Shown: in pieces, positions 23,944 through 34,874 of the stretch
Position numbering within the stretch: position 1 is the first letter of the stretch
Layout: each line of letters begins with the position of its first letter
Assembly: GCA_009602735.1 (NCBI GenBank)
Contig: WELA01001776.1
Span: 62,001 to 126,000 of the forward strand
Direction of reading: 5' to 3'
Length of the DNA stretch: 64,000 nucleotides
From: Mesotaenium endlicherianum
Taxonomy: Eukaryota
Made by a program: the position numbers and the translations under genes
Notes under the pieces: model-generated
Told to the model about the DNA's origin: nothing
Database searches by the model: none
The model's input: only the letters and a program-made list of their open reading frames with translations

Positions 23944-25755
23944 TCAGCCACAGGCTGATGGGCTGTGATCGCTGTCTAGAGCCAAAGCAGTGCAGTCGCT
24001 ACAAAACCGATCGCCAGCTGGCACGCGGGCCAACGGCAAGTCAAGGCAACCGATGTGGAAGTCGAGGTTGCAGCTGTCGCAGAGCAGCATGCTGACCTCC
24101 TGGCCGGGGCTGTGGCAAATATGGCAAGCCCAGTCCTTGGGCGACCTCGCGTCGCGGGGACGAATCTGCATGTCAAGGTTAGGAAGGTGGCATGGTCCAC
24201 AATTCTTTGTGTGGTCCTTGTGAAGACGGCCATCTGCGCCTTTCAGCTCTAGAACTCCTGACGCCAAGACACGCCTGACGCGTAGGATGACGGGCGAGCT
24301 GTTGGTGTCGAGGGTGTTCTTTGTCTGGCGTCGCAGGTAAACGAAGTCACCTGCGGAGAACTGCAACACCCGCGGGCAATAGGCTCCTCCATGGGTCATG
24401 GCATACCTCAGTGTGTCGCGGTGCTGAGCAATGCTGACGTTGTCCATGGCCATGGGCATCAGGCGTCGAAAGAGCTGTGCACGCTGCCCGATAAGAGCGC
24501 TCCACGTCTCGGGACTGTCCAAGTCCAAAAGGTTCTTGGCCACGGTCCTGGCTGCTGCGGGCAGGACTGGCTGTCGACCGTAGAGAAGGAAGTAGGGAGA
24601 ATGCGAGGCCAAGGAGGCCTACTTATTTAACCTGTACCCCATAGCCAACCATGGGAGGGCGTCGTCCCAGTGGGTGCTGTCGTGGGCCAGGCAGTACTTC
24701 CGCAACCCAAGCTTGACAGTCTGCACCATGCGCTCTACGAGGCCGTCAGCCTGGGGATGGTCGCGGGAGGTGGTGCGGTGATCGATCATCGAGCGCTCTA
24801 GCAGCTTTTGAAAGCTGCCCTGGAACTCTTTGCCTTGGTCGGTGAGGACCTCAGCGCAACCGCCAAAGCGGCTAAGGACGTGATCGAGGAAAGCCTGGGC
24901 AATCCCCTCACTGGCCTTGCTGGGCAACGGCACAAGCTCGATCCACTTGGACATGTGCTCAATCATCACCAAGACATAGAGGTTGCCTCGGCGAGACTTG
25001 GGCAGCTCCCCAGCCAAGTCGAGCGACCACCTGTAGAACAGCCCCTGGATAGGGAGAGGGCTGAGAGCGACGGTGCGGGCTGTGAAGCTCGAGCGCACCC
25101 GGTCGCAAAGTGTGCAGCTACTGACGACGTCGGCGACAACCTTAGTCATGCCGTGCCACCAGTACTCAGCTTGGAGGAGGCTGAGAGTGCGCTTAACACC
25201 GAAGTGTCCAAGCGTCTCGTGCACACGTCGCACCAGCTGGTTGCGTATAGCGGGCTCAGGGACCACCAGGACAGAGCCGTCCGCCATTACTCGCCGCATG
25301 CGCCCCTCCATGAAGACGAAGTCCGAGCTACGCTTGAGGACGCGGTCACGTTCGCGCGCACTAATGCCTGGGACCAGCTCCTTGGCCGTGACGTACTGCA
25401 GCACCGGGGTGTCGTCCCACACGTCCTCGGGCCCGCGCTGCCAATTGTCTTGCTCCTCAGCTGCTGCCAAGGCTAGTCGTCGAGTGGTAACAGTCACCAT
25501 GTCTAGGCTAGTGAGCCCTGCGGGCCGCACGTCGCCGTCAACGGTGAAGGCCAAGAATGCCGCTGCGTGCCAGGCCACTGGCTCATCCTCATCGTGGCGG
25601 GCTACCGTGAGGTCTCCCGAAGAGGGCAGCGGGTTGCGGCTGAGGCCGTCAGCGTCCAGGTTTGTCGACCCTGGACGATGATGCACGTCAAAGGTGTACT
25701 CCTGCAAGATGAGCGCCCACCGTGCGTAGTTGCCCGTCAGGCGCTCCGACGTCAT
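23944..25755 (-). pseudogene. Element C DDE integrase with C-terminal PHD finger (one in-frame stop at 24619)
   Basis: H-H-C-C (VHETLGHFG..CTLC), D (WSLDL), D (LTDQG), E (LVERM). C4HC3 PHD finger CHIC..CDSC..HIGC..CSDC at 23992-24126. Confidence 0.93.
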
Positions 25756-25758
25756 GAG

Positions 25759-27050
25759 TCACTTGAGTGGCTGATGGTCGGTGACCAAGCGGAAGTGGGT
25801 GTCGTAGAGATAGTGCCTGAAATGCACAATCGCCCATACTGCTGCCAGGCACTCCCCCTCATAGGAGCCGTAGTTGCCCTTGGCACGGTTGTTGCTGCGG
25901 TTGGCGTACGCCACCACATGCTTGAAGCCGTCATGCTCCTGTACCAGCACTGCTCCAAGCCCTGCCTGCGACCAGTCGGTGTGGAGGATGAAGGGCTTCT
26001 GATAGTCAGGACGCCGTAGTACTGGGGCGCTCACCAACAGCTCCTTGAGTTTGTCAAACGCTGCCTGCTGCTCTGGTCCCCATACGTAGGCAACGCCCTT
26101 GCGTAGCAAGTCGTTGAGCGGCTTGGCCAGCTCGCTGAACCCAGGCACAAAGCGGCGATAGTAGTTGGCAATGCCAAGGAAGGCCCTCAACTGCGAGAGG
26201 TCGGTCGGCGGCGGGATGCCTGTGATGGCCGAGATCTTGGCCAGCTGAGGAGCCAAACTACTGGAAGACAGAAGATGCCCGAGGTACTCCACCTCCCGGG
26301 TCCCAAAGGTGCACTTGCCTGGATGGCACTTGAGCCCAACGGCCTGCAAGCGGTCCAGAATTGTAGTGATATGCGCCACGTGCTCCTCAAACGTCTCACT
26401 GAAGACGAGCACGTCATCGATGTAGCACCGAGCAAAGGCGAGCCCTGCCAGCTCCTTATCCATGACTCGCTGGAAGGTGGCAGGAGCGTTCTTCAAGCCG
26501 AAGAGCATAGCCCTCCACTCGTAGAGACGCTGCGATCCCCAAAAAGTCGTCTTATGCTGGTCCTCCTTCGCAATGAGTATCTGGTTGAAGCCCTGCCTCA
26601 AATCCAGCACCGAGAACCAAGTACAAGCGCCGATGTCGTCGAAGATTTCGTGAGGGGTCGGCATAGGATATCTGTCCTGCTCAGTGACCTCGTTAAGCTT
26701 ACGATAGTCACCGCACATCCTCTTCTCAGACCAGTTGCCTGAGGCGTCCTTCTTAGTTGGCATGACTGTGGGCGCAGCGTAGGTGGAGGCAGACTCACGA
26801 ATGAGCTGACACTCTTCTAGCTTGCCTGTCTGCGTGCTGATCAGGTCGTCCTCAAAGCGACTGTAGCGGTAGCGCTTCTGGAAGATGGGCACGTCTGTCT
26901 GGAGGGGCATCCTCATAGGGTCGCCTGTGTAGCACCCAAGATCGTGCATGCCGCTGGCAAAGCTGGCACTGCGCCGTGCATCCAGCAATGCCGTTAGCTG
27001 AGCAGCCTGTGCCCTAGTGAGAGTCCCCCCCAGCTTCCAAGTAGGGACAG
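25759..27050 (-). pseudogene. Element C reverse transcriptase and RNase H
   Basis: RMCGDYRKLN, LDLRQGFNQI, FGLKNAPATFQR, YIDD, LHTDWS, VTDHQPL. Confidence 0.95.
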
Positions 27051-27479
27051 CTGGTGGTGGCTCCTGCGCTGCAGCTGGCGCCTCCTGCCCTGCTGCTGGC
27101 GCGATCTGTGTGTCTGCAGGCGTCACCTGTCCTGCAACTGGCTCCACTCGGCCTGCCTCAGGTGCCCTCTCCTCGGCAGCTGCTGCCATCTGCCCTGCAC
27201 CACCTGTAGGCGGCGGAGAGCGTGGAAAAAGAAACGGGGAACGAAACTCCCTGGGTTGCTGTGTGGACTCCTGTCTCCTCCTGCCCCCCCCCAGCAAACC
27301 AGAACGAGGACCAGGACAAGGCGCAGGCGGCTGCTGGGAAGCTGGACCCTCGCGTTGGGAATGCCAAGTCGTACCAGGCGGGGCGCGGCCGTCGTCGTCG
27401 GAATGTCAATCCATGGCGTCATAGAACTGGTCCATCTCAGGATGACGAGCCTGGGCGTAAAGGGGAGTCAGGGCCTGTG

Positions 27480-28430
27480 TTTGCAGGAGAAGCCACGTCA
27501 AGACGTTGGCATCAATAGCCTGGCCAAGGAGACGCACGCGGTTGACCTCGGTGATGCCGTCCACCTGTGTGAGGTGCGGAGGATAGCCCATCGCACGCTC
27601 CATCTCCATGGCACGGGCTCGTTGGAACATGCCAGTCTTGAGGTCAATGATCATGCCGCGCTGGTCGCCCACGTAGGCCGCGCTATCGTAGCGACTCACG
27701 AACGTAGGAAGCGCCCGCGTGACGTCGCGGAGGACCTCACACTGGGCCTGAGAAGGATGCGGAAGGGCGACCACGCGCTGGGCCTGGCGCGCCACGTCGA
27801 GGATGGAGTCAACGTTGCGCGTGTGGCGTGGATGTGCGGCCGCTAACGCCTCAAGCGTGCCTGGCATGGCCAGGTTGGTGAAATAGGCGCGCACACGATG
27901 CGCGAAGGAACCAATCTAAGCGGCGTCGATGACAGCCTCACGACCAACGTAGCTGCTGCAGAGGGCAAAGTCGGCGCTGACGTTGGGCTGCGAATCGTGG
28001 CGGACAGCCACGTTCTCCAACACCCAGGCGAGCGTGTGCGGCGGCTGGCGGTCCTCAACCATGTTGAGGACGCGGAGCAGGTGCCAGAACAAGGCCGTAC
28101 GCGGGTCACCAAGCGCGTTGCCCCGTCCCGCAATGGAGAAGCCCTGGCACTCCCAGCCAGCAATGATGAGGTCAATGGGCCCGAGGCGCGTGATGTGCTC
28201 GGCGGTAATGTTGCGGATGTCCATGGGCCAGTCAGTCTGGGCGCGGTAGAAGGCATGCTCAGGGAAGAGGTCTGGGAAACGCTCGTGGCATAAGGCCATC
28301 TGCCTGTGGGCGACCTGCTGCGCCTCGCCATCGGGGTCCACGTAGACGTAGCGACGTACAGGGATGCCAGCCTGCAGGGTGGCCAACAACCCTGTCGCAA
28401 TGACGGCAAAGAGTTTGACAAGGACAATGC
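27480..28430 (-). pseudogene. DNMT3-like C5-cytosine DNA methyltransferase domain within the element C polyprotein (one in-frame stop at 27916)
   Basis: Motifs in order: I (VLVKLFAVIATG), III (DIRNIT), IV (IDLIIAGWECQGFS), VI (VLENV), VIII (AHRVRAYFTN), IX (EMERAMGYPPHLT), X (RVRLLGQA). Same reading frame as RT and IN. Confidence 0.9.
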
Positions 28431-30399
28431 CGCCGGGACGCTTGTCGAGCTGTGCGGTGTAGATAGGCATAGGAAGGGGGCGACAGCCCAGGGCGGGATC
28501 GCCGGCCTGCGCTGGCGGTGGATAAGAGCGCAGCAGACTGTGCTGATGGGGCCCCATGCGGAGGGCCGTCACTGCAAGCTCTGCGTAGTGGCGAGTAAGT
28601 CAAGGAATGTGGTCGAGCAGCGGCTGCGGGCGAGCCGTGCGAGAATGTGCCTGATAAGTGCGCCAGCGCGCACGCGCGTCTTGCAAGGCCTCCTCGGGCA
28701 CTGGGCGGGCCAGAGCCTGCGCGTCGCGCACGCACTGCTGCTGCCACCGGTCCCTTGTCCTGTAGTCTGCGTGGTGTGAAGCGGCGTGGGCCAGCTGCTC
28801 TGTGGCGGTGCGCTGGGGCAGCTGGGAATGCTGATCAAAGTACGAACGCAGCCGCTCGCAAAGATCCGCCTGAAGGGGCACTGTGCAGACGGAGCGCTTG
28901 TCCCACTGTGCTGCCTGTCGAGGACGAACGAGCTGACGTGGGGCGAGTTGGACTCGCAGGCGCAGCGGCAAAAGAGATGGGAGTTGGACGTGCTCCCGCT
29001 GGTTGCGCTGCATGGGCCCTGCGCGTGTTGCGTGTGGATGAGGATGGAGGTCGCGGAGGCGCGTAGCGGTGCGGGCCACCTTATGAGGAGGTGACCCAGA
29101 CGGCCCGTCGCCGGCTATGTGACTGCGCGGGACGTTGGTAGGCCAGCCAGGCGGCGTGGGTATAATGCGTGGGCTACAGTGGTGGAGGAAGACTGTGCGT
29201 CATGCTCGCGGGGGCGGAGATTGCGCAGACCGTCATACGGCAGTGTGACTGAGCGTGGGCTCGTCTCGCGCAAAGGAGTGACCTCTCTCCCCTCGCGAAG
29301 AGGAGTGACCTCTTGTGCGTCCCTGTGAGTGTCGCGCAGAGGTGTGACCTCGCGTGTACGCCGGTCTAGGGGCAGAGTGCGACGTGCTTAGCGTAGAGCT
29401 GGCCCGGCGTAGGGGGAAGGACCTGTACGCCGAGGACCGAGGATGCTGGTCTTGGCCACTGTCTGATGCGCAGGTCCGGCACGCGGGTCGATAGCGGAGA
29501 AAGGTACCGTGGAGGCAGTGCTGGCGGAGGCGCAACCTGACCAGCCTGTGCTCAGGCTGTTGCCAGCGAACAAGTGTGTGACGTCACGGCACTCGTTGCT
29601 GGTCAAACAGTCGTGCTGTATCGGACGACTAGACCCGCCGGCGCATGGATGGGCTTGACGGAGATTAGCCGTGGTCTCTTGTGAGAGAGAACTAAAGCCG
29701 GGAGGCCCTGTAGGCTGGCGTCGGACGCGAGCTGTAGGCGTGGGCGGCAAAGGCTCTGCCGATGGCTGGGCTGCGGGCTCCTCTGCGGCCTCCTGGGACC
29801 ACTCTTGCCACTCCTCCTCCTCGCTGCTCAATGACGCGTCGTTGGACCTGCCTGGGAACGCTGCCTGCCTCATGGCCTCGTCCTCAGACGTGGTAGTGCG
29901 TGGCCATGAGTCGCCTGTCCTGTGCGACGGTGAGGATGAGGGCGACTGGGAGGCCATGCGGTACTGGATGGCGACCCCCACAGGCACGTCATGCCGTACG
30001 TGGACGTGTGATCTCAAGGAGGGTCCGCTCGTCGCAGGAGGCTGTGGCTGAGGTATGGCTGCTGCGGCTGTGGCTGCGTCATGAGCGTGAGCTGCAGCAG
30101 TAAGGGCAGCCGTGGCAACGGCGTGTGCCTCTACGGCGTCTGCCGCCATCTGACGCATCATGGCGTTATGCGCGGCGTAGATCCGCACTGTCTCCCTGGC
30201 TTGTGCGGCTAAAGCGTTAGCCTGCTCCTGGGGCGTGAGGTGGAGCTCAGCACCAGACAGCTCGGGATCCTCCTCCTGCGTCTCCAGTAAGTCGGCGCCA
30301 ACGGAGACCTCATCATCCTTGGCTCCCCCATTATCGGTCTGAACTACAGACCGATCGTCATCCAGCGCCATGAAGCCGTAGAGGGTGGACTCAGCTGAG

Positions 30400-30800
30400 C
30401 GATGATCCATGATGTCAAGTGGCACAGATGCAGTGCGGGTCCCCCCTGACTGCCAGTCGGGTCGATAGAAGACCCTCTCCACCCAGTTATCCATTGCGGC
30501 GCCAATAGGAAAGAGCACGTTCTGGCCAAGGAGCACGTCGAAGGTCTCGGAGCGAGTGACCAACGCATGCTGGTGGATGGTCGTCTCATCCGGAGTGCCG
30601 GGCCGAAAGGTGAAACGAAGGGCCAGCCGCGTGCGCCCGGTGACGGTCTTGGACGTGCCGGCAGCGGTGTTGATCCGCGTAGGCGAATCCTCTAAGTCGG
30701 CTGACGAGAGGCCCAGCTGGCGGAAGTAGCGCAGGCTGATGAGGACTGGCTGGGCGCCAGTGTCGAACATGATGCGCTGCGGAGCTTACGTGTTGACTAG
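30400..30800 (-). pseudogene. Element C aspartic protease
   Basis: MFDTGAQPVLIS active site and FDVLLGQNVL in ORF 29388-30770. Confidence 0.85.
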
Positions 30801-31367
30801 CACGATGCCCTGCGAATTATCCAAAAATGCAGCGTTAGACGTGCTGATCATGCTGCGCTCATGCGCAAGTCGCGCGGGTGCGAAGAGCACCGCGGCTGCC
30901 GCGTCTGATGCAGACCTGTTGTCAGAGGCGCGCTGGCTGGCCCTGCGCGCCTAGAGCAGTAGCTAGGTCGCCTGCCGTGTGGCCTCCATCGACACGCCAA
31001 GCTCAGCGAAGGAGACTGCGGGCATGCGGTGAAGCGCCAGCGAGATGACCTCGGCGCTGAGCTGCATCGTGGTCATCGACAAGGCTATCGCGTGAGGCGC
31101 GAAGGCCGCTGGCGCTGCTGGCGTGTCCAGCACGCGGAATGAGCGGGGCAGACGCGGCGCCTCCTCCGTGCGACGTCCCTGAACCGGCCCGGCGCGCTTC
31201 TGTGCCACCGCTGGGCGTCCGGCTGCCACCAAAGCGTGCTTGCGCCGTGCGCTGCCGTCTTCTGTGCGGCCTCCAAGTGGCACTGTGCGTGCGCAGCAAA
31301 CCAGAATGGGGCCGCACGCGGCTGCAGCAGCAGGCACAGCCGCTCGGACAGCCAGTACCTGAGCGGC

Positions 31368-31545
31368 TGGCACACCTAGCGCTGGCGTACCTGGCGCAGG
31401 TGCTCCCAGCGCGGATGCACCTGGCGCTGGCGCGTTCGGTGCAGGCGCACCTGGCGCTGGTGTACCTGGCGCTGGTGCTCCCAACGCGGATGCACCTGGC
31501 GCTGGCGCACCTGGCGCTGGCGCGTTCGGCGCAGGNCGCTGGCTC
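31368..31545. repeat. 15-bp coding minisatellite (GCACCTGGCGCTGGC-like, PAPGA units)
   Basis: Repeated GAPAP/GTPAP/NAPAP units. Contains an assembly N at 31536. Confidence 0.8.
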
Positions 31546-33297
31546 GGGTCCTCCAGCAGCTAGCGCCTCGGCAAACGCCGGTGCCTCCGTCGGGACGGCT
31601 GTCCATACCAGCGCCGCTTTGGCCGCAGGCGCTTCGGCTGCTGGTATGAACGCCGGAGCTGGCGCAGGCTTGGCTGCTGGCAATTTAACAAGTGGCGCTT
31701 CGAGGGCGCCGCTGGGCCTGCCAGGTCGCGTCGCCCGACCGGGGCCAGTGTCGGTATCGGCTGCCCTAGGCAAGGCACGTGGCGCCCTCCAGGTAGAGCG
31801 CGCGCTTGCCGGGACCCTCGCTACGCTTATCGCGCAGTTCCAAGGGTTTTGTGCGCAGCCAGGGTTTAAGCCTTGGCTGTGCGCAGCCGTGTGTGTGCTG
31901 TCGCAGCTCCAAACGAAGATACAACCGCACAGCGCGATTGGAGATGTCGCTCCCTGACTTGGGACGACAGTCGTGGCCGCCAGATTTGCGCTGGCTGAGC
32001 CGGACTGCGTGCGCGTGCCAAATGGCAGCACGTGTGCGCAAGTGCTGTACGCAGCGGCTGACGTGGCTGTCGTGAGGTGGTCGCGTGGCGGGCTGCTGAG
32101 CGAGCGTCGCAGTGCTGTGCGCGGCGTGTGCGAGCGTGTGTAGAGAGGCGCACATGTGAAGCTGCCGTCAGGCAAAGTCTCGCCAGCCGCGCACGCGTCA
32201 GGTGCGACGGCTGCTGGCGCGGCTGCCGGGACTGGCGCAGGGGCGGTCGCTGGGAGGCTGCCATGTGGCGCCTCCCAATTGATCTTGGGATTGCAGGGGC
32301 GCGTGGCCGATCCGGCTTCAAGGTCCGCGTCGGCTGCCTTGGACGCCGCCCGTGACGCCCTCCTTCTGGCGCGGGCGTACGCCGAGGCCCCCATAGCGCG
32401 AATTGCGTTGGCGCGGGGATTTTGGGCGCAGCCAGGGTTTAAGCCCTGGCTTTGCGCAGCCGTGAGCGTGCCGTCAGCGCTCCGCACGGCAATCTGGCCG
32501 CACAGCGCAATCAGGGATGCCCCCTCCTGACTAGGAATGGCGATCGCAGCCGCCGAATCTGCGCTGGCCGTGCCGGACTGCGTGCACGCGCCACGTGGAA
32601 GGACGTGTGCGCCGCTGGCGTGCGCAGCTGCTGCTGTGGCTGCCGAGCTGCGATCTTGTAGCTGGCTGCCCGGCAAGTTTTGCGCCGCCGTGCGAGGTGT
32701 GAGCGGACGCGTGAGCGCGCAAATGTGCGCGTGGCTGCCGGCAAGAGCGGCCTGGCCTGCCGAACATGTGGCAAGGGTCGGCGCGTGCTGGACCCTGCTG
32801 CTTGCAGCAGCCAGCAGGGTGAGACCCTCCTGGCGTTGCCGGCTGGTGCGCAGATCTGCGCACAGAATGGCGACGCGTATGGCAAGGGCCACGACAGCCG
32901 TGTGTGCTGCAGACGTGTCACTCAGCTGGCGAGCACGCCTTGTCGCGACAGCTGTCAACACGCAGACTGCTGGCAGCACTGCTGGCGTCAGCAGGACGGC
33001 ACAGGCCAGAGGGGCTGCCGAAGCCTGCGGCTGTGCTGGCGTGTGTGCCGGACCGTCTAGGGGCGCGTTGGGAGCTGCAGCGTCTATGACGCCGGGTAGC
33101 GAGATTGCGTGCGCCTGCAGCCTGCCATCTGGCAGCCCGACCGAACGAGCGTAGCGGCTGCTGACGAACATCAGCGCAGAGTGCGCAGGTCTGGCAGAAG
33201 CGTCTGCGCAGACGTCTGCGGCGCTGGTCGCCGTAGCTCTACCGTGGGGCGGGTGCGTGCGATGCTGCAACGTTGCTGTAGCGCCAGGTGCCAGCCT

Positions 33298-34740
33298 CTA
33301 AGGCTGCCACGTGTTGGCATCGTGAAAGTGCGCAGGAGCTGCGCAGACGCCAGCTGTCGGAGCTGAAGCGTCGGACGACGGGACGCGTGCGAAGAGGGCT
33401 CCGCACGCGTCGTAATTGTCGGTGGAGACAAGACCGCGGAGTCTGACGATCTTTGCGTTGGCCTCTACGAGGGCGTCGCTGACGTCGTCGAAACTGTAGT
33501 AATGAGCTCCGGGGGTCAGCGCGGCGTCCATCGTAGCCGAGGCTGCCGTCATCGGGGGACGTCCACCCGTGCGAGGGTTGCGCATGCCCCGAAGTCCTGC
33601 TGCTGGCGCAGGGCCGTCACGAGCACGCCCGTTCTCGACGTCGCGCTTCTTTTGCAGGCATACGATCTGCAGGTGGCCGGCCTTGCCACAGTAGGTACAG
33701 TCACTGGGCTTGCCATTCTGCACAATAGTGCAGTTCTGGCGAGAATGGCGCGTCTTCCCGCAAGACCAACAGGGGTCGCTTGTCGTGGCGGCCATGGAAA
33801 TGCGGCCATGCGGAGCCCCGCGCTGGTGGGTCTGCTGGGACAGCTGAGAGCGCTGGGGCTGCTGCTGCTGGGGTTGGCGAGCCGGAGTTGGGCACATCGT
33901 CGTGGATGGCAGCACCAAAGACTCCTGGCGAACGCCCGTGGATGCGAGGCCTACACGGTCGCTAATGTTGCTTCGTGCGGCGGCTAAGCTCTGCTTCTCG
34001 ACTGAGAGGTAAGCGTCCTCCAGCGAGTACTTGGAGCCGATGTGGTAGATGAGAGGAGCCATGGCTCGCTCCCTCAAATGTGGCTCTACGGCGCGCAAGA
34101 AGATCTCCGTTGGCTCCCGGTCAGTGACGGTGCCAACGTCTCGGCGAAGGTGCGTCAAGCGGCGGTACATCATGCGGATCATCTCATTCTTGCGGCGGAA
34201 GAAGTGGTGCAGCTCGTACACCTTCTCTTCGGTCGCGGCCTGGAACTCCTCCCTGAGGACGTCCCAGAAGGCCTTGACCGGGTCAGCGAGGGGGGGTCTC
34301 CACTGGGGGTTCTCCCACAGGCTGTGTGCGTGCATAGATCTCGTCACCCTTCAACGAAATGTGTCACGGGCCTCGTAAAGGAGATAGCGCATGAGCGTAT
34401 AGAACACGTCACGCTTAGTGAGCGCGGGCGTCTTAAGCCTCGCGGTCACGAACTCAGCCTCGAACTCTGAGATTGTGTCGTCCAGATCACAGGTTCCTGG
34501 TCTGCCGCTGAAGCGGAAGAGGGAGGACCTGTCAGCCTTGACCTCGTGGTCACCTGCCATGGGATACCAGGAATTGTGGTAAGCCCAATGGGAAGGCTGC
34601 TCAGGGACAATCACAGGGAGCACGAGTGCCGGCTGTTCCCCTTCAGAGGGTTCAATGACAGTACTGAGATCGGAGTCTGAGTCTTCTCCACTAACACCTT
34701 CGTAGTAAGGCTGGTAAGCACGCCCACTACGGGTAGGCAT
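33298..34740 (-). pseudogene. gag: Element C gag with two CCHC zinc knuckles (in-frame stop at 34351)
   Basis: MPTRSGRAY start. CWSCGKTRHSRQNC and CTYCGKAGHLQIVC. Confidence 0.88.
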
Positions 34741-34874
34741 ACGCTGAAGATTCTAATTGCGTGCAGGCAAAGAGAGATCTTTTTAGAAGTAAGAAGTGTG
34801 TACTCTCCAGAGTGAGCACCTCAAGACTGTAATCTGGTAGGAAAACAACTAATGAAGTCTGGCCCAAAAGATCA

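Noticed and set aside
27406..28572. Methyltransferase as part of a bacterial restriction-modification system or contamination
   Set aside because: It is in frame with the retrotransposon Pol, lies inside a TSD-bounded element, has DNMT3-like motifs and has no nuclease partner.
24808..34470. Many long plus-strand ORFs across element C
   Set aside because: Expected shadow ORFs opposite a GC-rich coding strand. I found no motifs in them, including no tyrosine recombinase signature.
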